A DNA stretch of 64,000 nucleotides from Paraphysomonas bandaiensis (lineage: Eukaryota; Protista; Chrysophyceae), in contig CBFFRP010000413.1 in NCBI GenBank assembly GCA_965644295.1, positions 1-64,000 on the forward strand. The letters run 5' to 3'. Numbering within the stretch: position 1 is the stretch's first letter; every line of letters starts with the position of its first letter. The notes under the pieces are model-generated. The model was not told the DNA's origin. It ran no database searches and saw nothing but the letters and a program-made list of their open reading frames with translations. The position numbers and the translations under genes are program-made. This document shows positions 39,957 to 51,317 of this stretch, in pieces.

Positions 39957-42666
39957 AAGATATGAGTAACAAGGCCAGCTTGAGGGTTGGAATGTACCCG
40001 ACTATTCGTACATACGGATGTAACGGACAATTAAGGCAACCCATACAGTATTGTGGAAGTATAAAATATATGTATGTATTCTGCGCGATGATATTATATA
40101 TTATAGGAGTTGGTGGAGATAAGCACCCACTGGTCTTGCTAAGAATTGTTTCAAACCGCTTTGGGGAATGTTAACGCATCCTTGACTGCTGGTAACTTAG
40201 TTTCCTCATCATCCTCTGGGGCTTGTGTGTCACTTGCTTTCGTCCACGGGTGCACGCAGTCATTTGAATCAACCGTGTTCCCTACCAGAGATGACTACAC
40301 ATAAGAATTCTCATTATTGTTAGAAATCGTTTCCATTTGAGTGTCATGGGCCTATAAACACAAACACACAAAAAGAAGGCGTAACGGGAATCCGGGGCGC
40401 TCAAGCGCATGACCACACTCTTGAAGGGCTATCCCAGTATATATTATCTTGGACTTCATTGGTTAGAGAGCACTGCCAGGAAATCCCAGTATAATATCAT
40501 TGGACTTCATATATCAATCAATCATTGATTGGTGTAACTCTACGGATTAGTAAAAGCACCAGGTTTAAATCGACCTGCTATAAGCTAAAATACAACCCGG
40601 TGGTTCTAAATAGTAGAAACGGCCTGGTTCTAATTTATTAGCCGATCACAACATCTTCACCAAATCCCTTGATACATTATTAGCCGAGTGGGCTACAGTA
40701 TAACATAACACTTTTTACTGACTACTCAATTCCAAATCTTCTATCTGAACTTAGTTTTTCCTTAAAAAACTAAGTTTAGATTAGGGTTAGAAAAACTAGG
40801 AGAATTTACAGTATTTAAGTGAAAATGTTTAAAGGTTTATTCTGTTTGTAGTATTAAACAGAGAGACAACATTTAATATATTAATTTTATTAACATTTAA
40901 GTAGACTTACAGAGTGTAACAGAGAATCATGTTTTCGTCTACCAGCAAACACGTTATCTGCCCTCATACTACCACTGTCAACCCATTGCTCATCATGATG
41001 AGCAACATAAGTGTACCTGCCAGCAGTCATTGCCCTACTTGTAACTACTTTTTTTCTAACCATTTTGTGCTTAAATTAAGTACGACCACCAATATACAGT
41101 GTCGGTCTAAAAAGTCACACAACGGTTGTAGTTTTTATAGAGCTTTCTGATAAGCCATTCATACAAAAAAATGGTGAAATTTATATTATTAATGAATGTG
41201 TCAAAACCTTGAAAACGTCAATAGTGAAAAATAGGTAAAGGTTATACGTATTTTATAATTAACTAATTGGTATATTTTTACTTTAACGACAGAACGAACG
41301 CTTCTCATGATTTGGCTGTAAAGATCCATACCTCTACAATGCTCTCTACAATATTCACTAATTGAAAGATACGGTGAGTCATACACTCTCTCGGCAAGAC
41401 ACCCTGAGCGTACTCGAGTATTTACATATAGGAGTGCTACTCGTACAAACGCATACATATACCAGCAATATAATAGTATACCGGTATAAGGTATAAGGTG
41501 TAGGAGAAAGTTGTTACGGTATTCAAAACTACTTCTCTATGAATACTCCTAAAAACGTGGAAAAATCCCACGTTTGCATAATGTTTACTTCTTGTACATG
41601 TGCTGGAGAGAAGCTCTTGGATGAAGGAGAACAGGCATACATCATTAGGGGTTTTTGTATGCTTTATTATCTATTCACATCACCTGTGCACGTAGACAGG
41701 GATGACAAGACCATCAATGTTAGCCACAGCGAGAGGCTCTAATACCCGTAGTCGATTCACTTAGTCATAGTAATACTACTGATATGACCAAAACTAATTT
41801 TGACTGAAATGAAGATACGTGGAAGGTCAAATACAGACCCAAAAATTAAGAAGCAATCTTGAAGTCTCTTACGCTAAGTTGCGATGGGATATTAATGACA
41901 GATACTTCTGTGTATGCATGTATGCATACGGAGGTCTATTGTTGAATATGTATTTTTACTAAGTCTATGATGTATCTAGTACCTAGTGTTCTCCAGATGG
42001 CAAATTGGAATGAGTTTGCCATTGTATTTTTGAGAGTGGTGAGTTATTAACGAAAGATCAAATGATAGAGGTAAACCATGTTCCTGGAATTTTTCAGCAG
42101 GTGATGTTGCATGTTATTCAGATTTTCCATCTGAACTCGTAGCAAGCAATGTTGGATGACTTCGCAGCTCTGGATCTCACATTTCACACCCAGTGCCCCA
42201 AAGAAGCATGTGACGTGGTTCATAAATGGCGAATGGAGCATCACGGTGCCAAACAAATATGATTAAAACTTAGAATGATAACAGGGTTTGCTATACCAAT
42301 GCCTAATTTGTCAAAAATTAAATGCTGATATATGCATTGAAAGGGTCAAAGGAGATATATGATATATGCCAGGAATATGGCATAGAATATACAGTATACG
42401 ATATCTGGAAAGCATTGTGACGACCTCTACGCAAAAGAAAATGAAAACCCAAGGGAATGTCAAGTCTTATAGCAGGCTGACTTCGTTTATTCTGGCGGCA
42501 GTGATGTTACTTCACTACAGCGACTGAAATATACGAAATATAGGGGTACTACATTGTACAAATGTATTCAGAGGTAGAAAACGCACAGATATTTCATACG
42601 TTGTGAAGTGTCATGGCAAATCGCCCTTTTCTTAGATAATTACTGCTACCTATTTACACATCACAG

Positions 42667-43596
42667 TTACGTGGTATCACTGCCGCCATCGTACGACTTA
42701 CTACTATCTCTAGATCCCTGTTGAAGGGTAAGCATAACTTGTCTAGGAAAGCACATCATGGACCGGCCTTCACATAGAGTGTCCATGGTACAAAAGTTGA
42801 GATCTACGCTGTTGATGTCCACTTCTATAGCGGCGTTTCTTGCAGAGCCTCCCTGACCCACTGTTATCACAGCTATTCTCCTGGGGTCCACCCATCCCAA
42901 CACTGAGGGTAGAGGGTGTAGATCCCACTCATCCTCCCCATTGAAGTCCCGGTACACCACGAGAATTGCGCCCGGAAACAGTAGAGTGATACCAGCAGCA
43001 GTAGATAAGACACTTTCAAGCAACATTCCTCGTCCCATAGTGAGCAGACGACACCCCAGACTATTTAAGAAGGTGTAACTTCTAAATATAAGTCCAAACA
43101 AGACACACACACACCCTGAGACAAGTAGCAGTACTGAAATTACCCCGAAGAGTCCTCCTCTGGTAAATCCCTCTACCCCCGCAAGTGGCCCTTCTACTAC
43201 CACCGCGTGTAGGATGAAGCAGTACGTAAATGCCAATATGTCCTGCCGCGTTCGCACAACATCTTCTCTACGCATGTTCGATATAAGACTGTCATCCTCG
43301 TTACTGGCACTCTCCTCAACACGGTTTTCTTGTTCATACTCGAAATTTTTAACAGCCATATCTACTTGCTTCGTCTTGCCTCGACTGTACTTCTCATCCA
43401 CCACTCCATTCGCTGAACTTTCCACATTGCGCCTTTCACTCTCGTCCCAACGAGTTTCACCAGTAACATTCGAGTACCAGTAGTAATAGTTAGTTTCTTC
43501 GTCTAAATATCGAGTCTAATACATATATACACAATATCAAACTCAACTCGACAACTACAAAAACTAACATACCCACTCTTCTCCTTCTTCCGACAT
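42667..43596 (-). CDS. WW-domain protein with central hydrophobic (transmembrane) segments, 2 exons
   Basis: Exon 1 MSEEGEEW (43596-43573), intron 43572-43516, exon 2 TRYLDEETNYYYWYSNVTGETRWD completes a WW domain in frame with ORF 42667-43425; about 3 hydrophobic helices follow. Confidence 0.8.
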
Positions 43597-43932
43597 TTGT
43601 CTCATCACATCGCGATATACGCCACAAAAAGGCGATTTCCTACTCAAGGCTGATTCGAAGTGCTTCTGACCAAACTATCTCACTGGAAGATATATCTCAC
43701 GGGAGGAGTGCTGCTATCTAAATATGACTCTGACCACGTACAAGTCAATTTATTTGATTGAAACTTCGCTCCAAGCACACACTATAGAAATCCATATTTT
43801 CTGTTCATGGATTTCTCGATTTCCTTTAACGCAACAAAAATAGCCCATTCTATGCATGGACCTTTTTGGGTAAGTTTCGAAAAAGGTAGGTTTTTGTTTT
43901 TTATTAATCAACAATACTTAATAAATTACAAA

Positions 43933-44135
43933 CTAAATTGCACAAACACATACAGTAAATGCATAAAAAATAGGCTGCATACTCATGAATTTATGCAGAT
44001 TTATGTTTTTTTAGGAGCCCCTCCGGACCCTATCCTACACTGTATACGGTATATGCATAAACATATGCAGAAACTGGGTCTGAATAGATTTTTATCCCAG
44101 ACTTTTTATGCATTTATGTATTTTATGCAATTTAG
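43933..44135. mobile_element. MITE-like inverted-repeat element between divergent genes
   Basis: CTAAATTGCA...AAATGCATAAAAA versus TTTTTATGCATTTA...TGCAATTTAG, an imperfect TIR. Confidence 0.6.
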
Positions 44136-44232
44136 ATAGTCACCCATGGTCATTGCAAAGCATCAACCACTTCATCGTATTTGCATATTGACATCAACTA
44201 GTCTTCGGACAAAAAGTTTATATTAAGTAAAT

Positions 44233-45102
44233 ATGAGTGACGAGTTTTCGAGAGAAGTCACTCGGCGTGCGGTGGCAAGAGCGTGCCTTGCTTTGGACTA
44301 CAAGAACGCTCAGTCTTCTGCGCTTGACAGCCTAGCCGACGTCGTCAAGCACTTTATTCAGACCGTAGGTGTAGAAATGCACAACTGCGCCGAGACTTCT
44401 GGTCGCGCTGACCCTGGAATCTTCGACTGCAAATCTGCACTTAGTGCTGTGGTATATCACTGATCATATGTTATTCTGTATCTGACACAGGTGCAGGAGG
44501 GGTCAAAGATGCCCATTTGGAGAGAGCTGCAGACATTTGCTTTTGGTTCCCGTCATGGTAGCACTGGAAAGGTATCTACAGTGTGGTGCCAACCTTTTCC
44601 TGGTTCCGTGCCAACGTTCCCGACAGCAACTCCACTGCCCGCTACGGTTTCGGTACCCGCATCCGCTGAGTGTGTCGCCCCGAAACATAAATCTCTTTCA
44701 CACTTGCCGGCTCTTCCTCCATCTAGAACTTACTCCAGAACTCCAGGGAGCGCGGAGGAGGGTCTGAAGTATAGTGAGGGAAAACGCAAGGCGGCGGAGG
44801 TTGGGCTCTCGGAGGGCTCAAAGAGGGCCCGACGTATACAGGCGTCGAAGAACATACAGGCGTCACTGGCCAGACTAGATACCCACGACGCCAGTGCAAC
44901 TGAAGAATCAAAAGCGTCAAATTCTGACACAGAGGAGGTAAACGGGGGACCAGGTCTCCCCGTTGCAGCTACTGATGGAGGGTCGTCAGCACTAAACGTG
45001 GTAATTGACAAGTCTGCATCGGTAGTGAGCACCCTCCCGAAAGAGGAACAATTACTATTGGGATTGCAAGATGATGCACAGGACGGAGAATCCTCGCAGT
45101 GA
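44233..45102 (+). CDS. TAF8: TFIID subunit 8-like (Bromo_TP histone fold plus TAF8_C motif), 2 exons
   Basis: SREVTRRAVARAC...SSALDSLADVV...AETSGR histone fold; HLPALPPSRTY motif; short intron at about 44452-44490. Confidence 0.8.
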
Positions 45103-45599
45103 GTGATGATGTTAGTGCTAGATGACCGCCTTTAAGTCTGATCATGTTGCTCGGTTGTATATAAAGTGGAGTGAGCTTGGTGTAGAGTTTATTATGACGC
45201 GTCTATATAAGTTTTAGTCATATGTACTTTGTGCTGACGTATTGAAGACAACATTGAACAAAGGAAGCTTATGTATACATATTATGTACGGTGTTGGCGG
45301 TGTAAGTGACGTATTGGCTATGCTTCTGGTTGTAGCTGTAAGAATTGGACACCTCACTGAAGCTAACCATGCTCAAACCATACCTTAAATCTTAAGCGTG
45401 CTTTGTTGCACACAATATACGTCCAAGAAAGAGTCATGATTATTTATCTAAACACATCACCTAATATTCGCGTAACATCTGGTCTCCTTGTTGAGTTTTG
45501 CTGTTTGTGAGATATTAAAAGTTACATTTCTAAGGTTACTTGAAGAATACAGTAGTGATTAACAGTAGAACTAATGACATGATAGGAATAATCGTAGTG

Positions 45600-46500
45600 A
45601 TATATTGAAAGTCTTTTTATTTAGCAATAGGCGTTAAAAACCTGTACCAATATAGTGGCTAGTTGAATGCTAGACATACTAGTTAGACCTCTACCCATAA
45701 CTAATCAGCACAAATTCTATTATCCTACTATTTAACGCTACAGAAGCTGGTTGTGCGTCGCCGCAAGCACTAAGGTGCGACCACTTCCGTTCTTGATGTT
45801 AATTGCGTGATTCGCCATTGTCGTGTCCTAGGACTCACCGGTGCTATATGATAGATGTGTATATAGTATATAGGGGACACGTTGTGCAACGTACAGCACA
45901 TGACAAGTGAAAGCAGTGATCAAAGTCCACTACTGCAACACTGGAACGCTTAAGACTACACATACATTGTGTGCAATTTGCATCGGGGACTGCCTTGTGT
46001 ACCTCACGGCAACCAGGGGAACACGGTACTATACCCTGCTGAGATTGGCGATCTGGTGGTCTTCCTTTAGGCATTGTGCCAAGTGGCTCGGAGGTATGTG
46101 GATGAAGGTCTTGCAAAAGGGTATGGCCTACTGTGAAGAAGCGTCGAAATCGACTCTTTTGCTGTCTTAGCCAGCGGTAGAGAGCACATGCAAGAGAGTA
46201 TATAGCTGGATAGGGGTGTGATATGAGGGTCATTCGGTGTGTCCAGCAACAGGGAGTCGAGAGGGAGTGTGATGGTGCAAAAGAGGCAATCATATCTGAT
46301 AGAGGAGAGTAGGACTGCGCAACAGAACTAGGTCTGTTAAGGTCGGGTACTCTGATAGACCTATGCACGAGATGATCATGATGATGGTCTGGAGGAGACA
46401 CTCGGACGTCCTCAGCGCCTTGTTAGTGTCTGTGTTGGTGCAGGGGGGTACAGGCTGAGGCATAGAGTGTCGGTGGAAGGAAGGTGACGGATAATTGTAG
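45600..46500 (-). mobile_element. 5'-truncated LINE-like remnant ending in the same 3' tail as the SINE-like family
   Basis: Tail and core hairpin are shared with 60928-61120; about 700 bp of GC-richer, degenerate, Cys/His-containing sequence lies upstream. Confidence 0.55.
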
Positions 46501-46672
46501 TGAAACTGAAAAATAAATATTGTCTATTCGATTAGGGTGTATAAGATCGTGTCTATTTAAGACCTGATAATACTGAATTGTAGTTGAGAGAATATAATTG
46601 CAGAGAATATCAATGGTTGATGAGATATATTGATCAGAATTATATTAATTAATTACTGCGCGAGTTCAAGTT

Positions 46673-47650
46673 GGGGAAATATTATTCAACCTAGTCACAC
46701 TATATTTGGTGGAATAACCTAGTCAGAGGTCAGAGTAAAAAATGAGTCAACCTAGTCAATTTTGGTATTCAACCTTGTCGCTCTTATATCCATTGATTAC
46801 ACACTGTGACTGTCTAAGATACCATCTCACACATGGCTTACAGAGCATCAAAACAAACATTAAAACATAGCAATATGCTCATATATACATATCTACTTAA
46901 CAGGTGTTCGTCTATAGCTTAAAAGTATATAGCGATGGGTCCCCTGTGAGTGTTATGGGGAGGAGGGGTCCATGAAGCTGTGAATATAACTCACTCTATG
47001 ATCTGCATGAGCTGCAAACGCATGACTAGGTTTTATATTGTACTGTTGCGTTTTAGTAGAGTACTGATTATAGGTACCACAGCATATATATGTTGTAAGT
47101 GAGGTATCTTACAAAATCAAGAGCAATACCTATATTGTTATTGCTCTTGTCTACAGCTGTCCGCGGCTATGGGATACTTGCAGCTATTGATCCTACCTCT
47201 AGCCGTAAATCATTTTTGAGGTATGTGCAAGATATATATATTACAATATATTTTACAATCTTGTGACCGTTAATCATTGTATGACAGGCACCCTCCTCAA
47301 CTGTGAACCCACCGATGCCATGGCCCTTAGGAAGCTGTGGAACTGCACCGGACATTGTCACGAGAAACTCTCCAATTCTCGTTGGAATGCGACGTTAAAA
47401 TGTTATGTATTTCATGTATAAAATATCTGCATTCATTAATTGGTGGCTAGAGTATGCACCCATGCTTGAATGAAAATTTTATTTTTGACTAGGTGAGTAG
47501 CATAGACACCTAGTCAACCTAGTCATTGTAAACTGAAAACATGAATTATTAAATGACTAGGTTTTTCAACTGCTTGACTAGGTTTTAATACCAATTTTGG
47601 TGTGATTATTAGGAATTACACCATTTTGACTAGGTCCAATAATAGATTCC
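46673..47650. mobile_element. Non-autonomous GG-ended TIR DNA transposon with 8-bp TSD (Merlin- or MULE-like ends)
   Basis: TTCAAGTT at 46665-46672 and 47651-47658; TIRs and CCTAGTCA repeats as in 32373-35825. Confidence 0.8.
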
Positions 47651-48783
47651 TTCAAGTTCAGATACCTAAGTTATTTCACTATCCAAATATGTCAAATATT
47701 GACACTCGTTTACATCTGTTAAAAGATATAATCGTGTCTTTTCGCATACTGTGACTTTGATATACTTTTTCACTTCATATTTTACATGTGTTTATTTTTC
47801 GACTTCTATAAGTGGAATTCAAAATGAGATCTACAAGTACATTGAAAATGATGAATGATATCAAGCTCTGCAGAACACTATAAATAGTAGATATAATATA
47901 TTACTGTTGAATACAACATAAATTTTTGCATTTTTCGTAGCTCAATTACTTATATTTGAGTTAAACATAGGAATAAAGTATTCTGATTACAGTATACTGT
48001 TGTAGGTAGTAAAACAAAGTAGTGTGAACATTAAGTGTAGATAAATATCAAAGCAACGAAGATATGAAATCTACTACATGCTGTGGCTTAGGAAAGCTAC
48101 ATGCAGACGTTTTTGATTCCTTTGGGCGCTTATACAAGTATCTATTGCAGAGTCATACATTACAACGAGTTCCAGCTCATACATTCAATATCCTAGTCAC
48201 ATGTTACACTACTGGCACACATCAGATAGAAGAATTATGATACGGCGCCTCGTAAGCCCGAGGGCATTGCCCTCCCAACGTTCCAACTGCTTCAATTTTC
48301 CGCTAGTGTAATATGTTTTATAAGCGCAAATAATTTCCTTGCTTCACTTTTTATAACTTGGCTATCTTCGCATCTTCCGGGTTATTTTCTTGAATTATAC
48401 AGCGTGAGCAGTGCCTGACATTTATTTATAAAATAGGTCCACATGAACTTCATATTCGTCAAACTAAGTACTTAGTGATTTCTTTTACCTCAGAATCGGA
48501 ACAATTATGCTATGAACGTAGTGCCCACATTTTCAAAAATGATGGGGCAGCTGTCTCGATAACAAGAAAATTACTCCAGTGAGTCCACTGTCAAGCAAGA
48601 TGCTAATATCAATTTCTGGATTTCGGATATCTATATCTCGTGCACTCGCAGAAGGAATTCCAATTCTATATAGTATCGGCAGTCAGCATCTTATGTTTTC
48701 GGAAATAAATTGAAGCAAAATTACTCTATCTTACTGAAATACAACTACAGCTGTAATACAGATATTTGTTGTCTCAATATTAG

Positions 48784-49538
48784 TGGCATCTCTGAACAAA
48801 AATATACCAAGGATGCCAATACGCAACATAAACCTTCTGGCCGGAAAAAATGGAAGGAAGTGCAACTTTTCGACGTCCTACTCATACCGGAATACAGCAG
48901 TATGTCCACAATTTTTAATGAAAACCACGGAGAATTTTATTCTGATGTGTATTCCCACTATTGGGGTGTTTGTGATGAAGTAAACTTGTGCAAGAACTTA
49001 ACTTGTGGAGGCGCAATCCTTTGTATTAATACACGTAACTATGACTCACAACAGCTGGTCATTATGAACGACACGTCCACTAAACCGAAGAACCAGATGT
49101 TGCCTCCTTTCAACAGTGTCTTTGGATTCGAGGTTAAAGTACCATCTTCAGCAGTACCAAGTAAATTAAATCTGAATAAGCGAAAGTTGGAGCACAAGGT
49201 TTTTGTAGTTCCAACAGAGTTTGCAGAGAAAGAGTACACAGTTCAGGATCACTATGCACCAGCAGACTCGAAACCACCGACACAACAAGCACACGGAAGA
49301 TGGTTAGTAAAAAACGTTGCATTAAAGTAATCTTATCTGAGTCATTTCTATATCTTTTAGGAGTAGAGAAGAGCATGCACTATTTCTTCGTGCCATATCA
49401 AAGCACGGAAGAAATCTACGTAAAATTGCGGCTGAAATTCCGACTCGAAGTTACACTCAAGTGCGCACACATGCTGAAAAGTGTTTCTCACTTCGAGATA
49501 CACCCATATTTAGAAAAGTTGTTCACCAAAGCGTCTGA
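48784..49538 (+). CDS. Protein with C-terminal SHAQKYF-class Myb/SANT domain (3' exons; 5' exons unresolved, probably from about 48400)
   Basis: Intron 49303-49360 joins HGRW|SREEHALFLRAISKHGRNLRKIAAEIPTRSYTQVRTHAEKCF; stop ends at 49538. Confidence 0.75.
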
Positions 49539-50852
49539 TTATGAGTAGTCGGTGGAGCTGTGTTAGCAAAGTGTTTCGTATAAGGCAGTATATCTGTCAT
49601 GTGTCAATTTATGTTGCAATGCGTATGATGATTTCAAGCTGTTATTATGATTTGTATATCGGTTGAATACTAATATCTTCAGTAAGTTTGCTGTGCTAAC
49701 TATTTCAATGCGTTTTCCAGTACTATTTTTTTGTAACCCTTTCATAATTTTTAGCCTCCGAAACCAGAAAGACAAACTAATGACTCACGACATACGACAT
49801 ATGTACGTAAATAATAGTATACACGATGACATAACAGCATAGTTATTTAAATTGCAGTATTGCCTTGTTCTAATGGCGTGTTCTAGTGTAGTGCTACTGT
49901 TAATTAAACTAAGCGCTTTGTGTGTGTTGCCTAACAAAGACCCAGTGGGTCAGATCTTCACATCTACCATCAACACTATCCACACATGATAACAATACTA
50001 AACCTCGCGCATTCTGGGTCTAATCTAATGCCTTGCGAACTCTTCACAATACATACACACGTCACGCGTAGCTATTAGAAATCCCATGTAATCTTTGTGA
50101 AGGCAAGGTGGAGCGGTGGAGGGATAGGGTGACTCTAACAGAATCTACGCAGGAACTCTATGGTCAGCCAAGATGGTGAACGGTTGGGAGACTGAGTAGT
50201 ATCACATGATACTTTCATATTTACAGCCACAGGATAGAGCGCATATCAGGAATAGGGAACAATATATTGATTGGTGGATCAGCCAAAAATTCTATATATA
50301 CATTGTTCCTGTTAAAGTATCTCACAATATATTGCAATCAACAGTTTGATAGTAGTAGACTGATATGAAAGCTTCTGAACTGTAGGGTGCAAAATTCAAT
50401 CAGGCGAAGAACTTGAGTTGACAAGCTCTGAGAAAGATGCTGTTAGAATAAATCTCCGTTCAGACAGTGATTGAAACAATATAGAGGATGATGAAGCGTT
50501 AACTATGCGTAAAATTTCTTCAGTCAGTCCAACAAATTAAGAAGCAAAAGTTGCAACATCTAAGTACAGGTGCACGGGACATGCACTATACACTTCCAAA
50601 AAATGTGAACACAGCTAAATTTATTATATCAGCGTATGTATCCTACATTAGTATGATGTTGTTTCTGACACGCTAATCGGCCGTTGTGCCGGATGCAAGC
50701 ATAGTTCAAAACATTTATGAATATTGTGATGCTGACGTCACCGATGATGACTCAGAGGAAAATAGTAGTAAAAGTTTTATTATTAGCAATAGGCATTTTA
50801 GAGTTAGTGCTTAACTATTCTGATAATATCCTACTATTTAACACTACGAAAG

Positions 50853-51117
50853 AATAAAGAATTGATCTTTATAATAGTAAAACAATGTTGTGATTATTAG
50901 AGTGTAAGTAATGAACACGATAGAGTGAAAATTATGAATAACAATATAGAACGTACTATCATGCACAACGGAATAGTTAGAAGTGTAACTGATAATGACG
51001 ACGTTATGATGACGATCACGTATCTTCGACAGATACTCTCTCTAATTCAGTTCATGGTATATTTCATTGAACATTATAACTCACAGATACAATCATGTAT
51101 TAAGCTGAATCCTAATA
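50853..51117 (-). repeat. 3' LTR
   Basis: Identical by eye to 56323-56587; preceded on the element strand by the PPT TTGAGGGGGCG (51128-51118). Confidence 0.95.
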
Positions 51118-51317
51118 CGCCCCCTCAATGAAATAATCAGTGAATCGTAGATAATAGAGAGAATATGAACTTATGCACACTGAGAGTAAAAACCAGAGTA
51201 GCAGTCACTAGTCAATAATAAGCGAACTGCAGAGATGCCATATTGTGAGACCATCCTTCTAGTCCAGCATCATGTATTGAATAAAAATAAAAAAAAATGG
51301 TAAAAACTCCGTGTAAC

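Noticed and set aside
40375-40430. tRNA-like sequence on the minus strand followed by a T-run
   Set aside because: No cloverleaf or intact B-box can be built.
50925-51131. ORF MKIMNNN... (also at 56395-56697)
   Set aside because: Antisense frame within the duplicated LTR with a non-ATG start; no coding signal.
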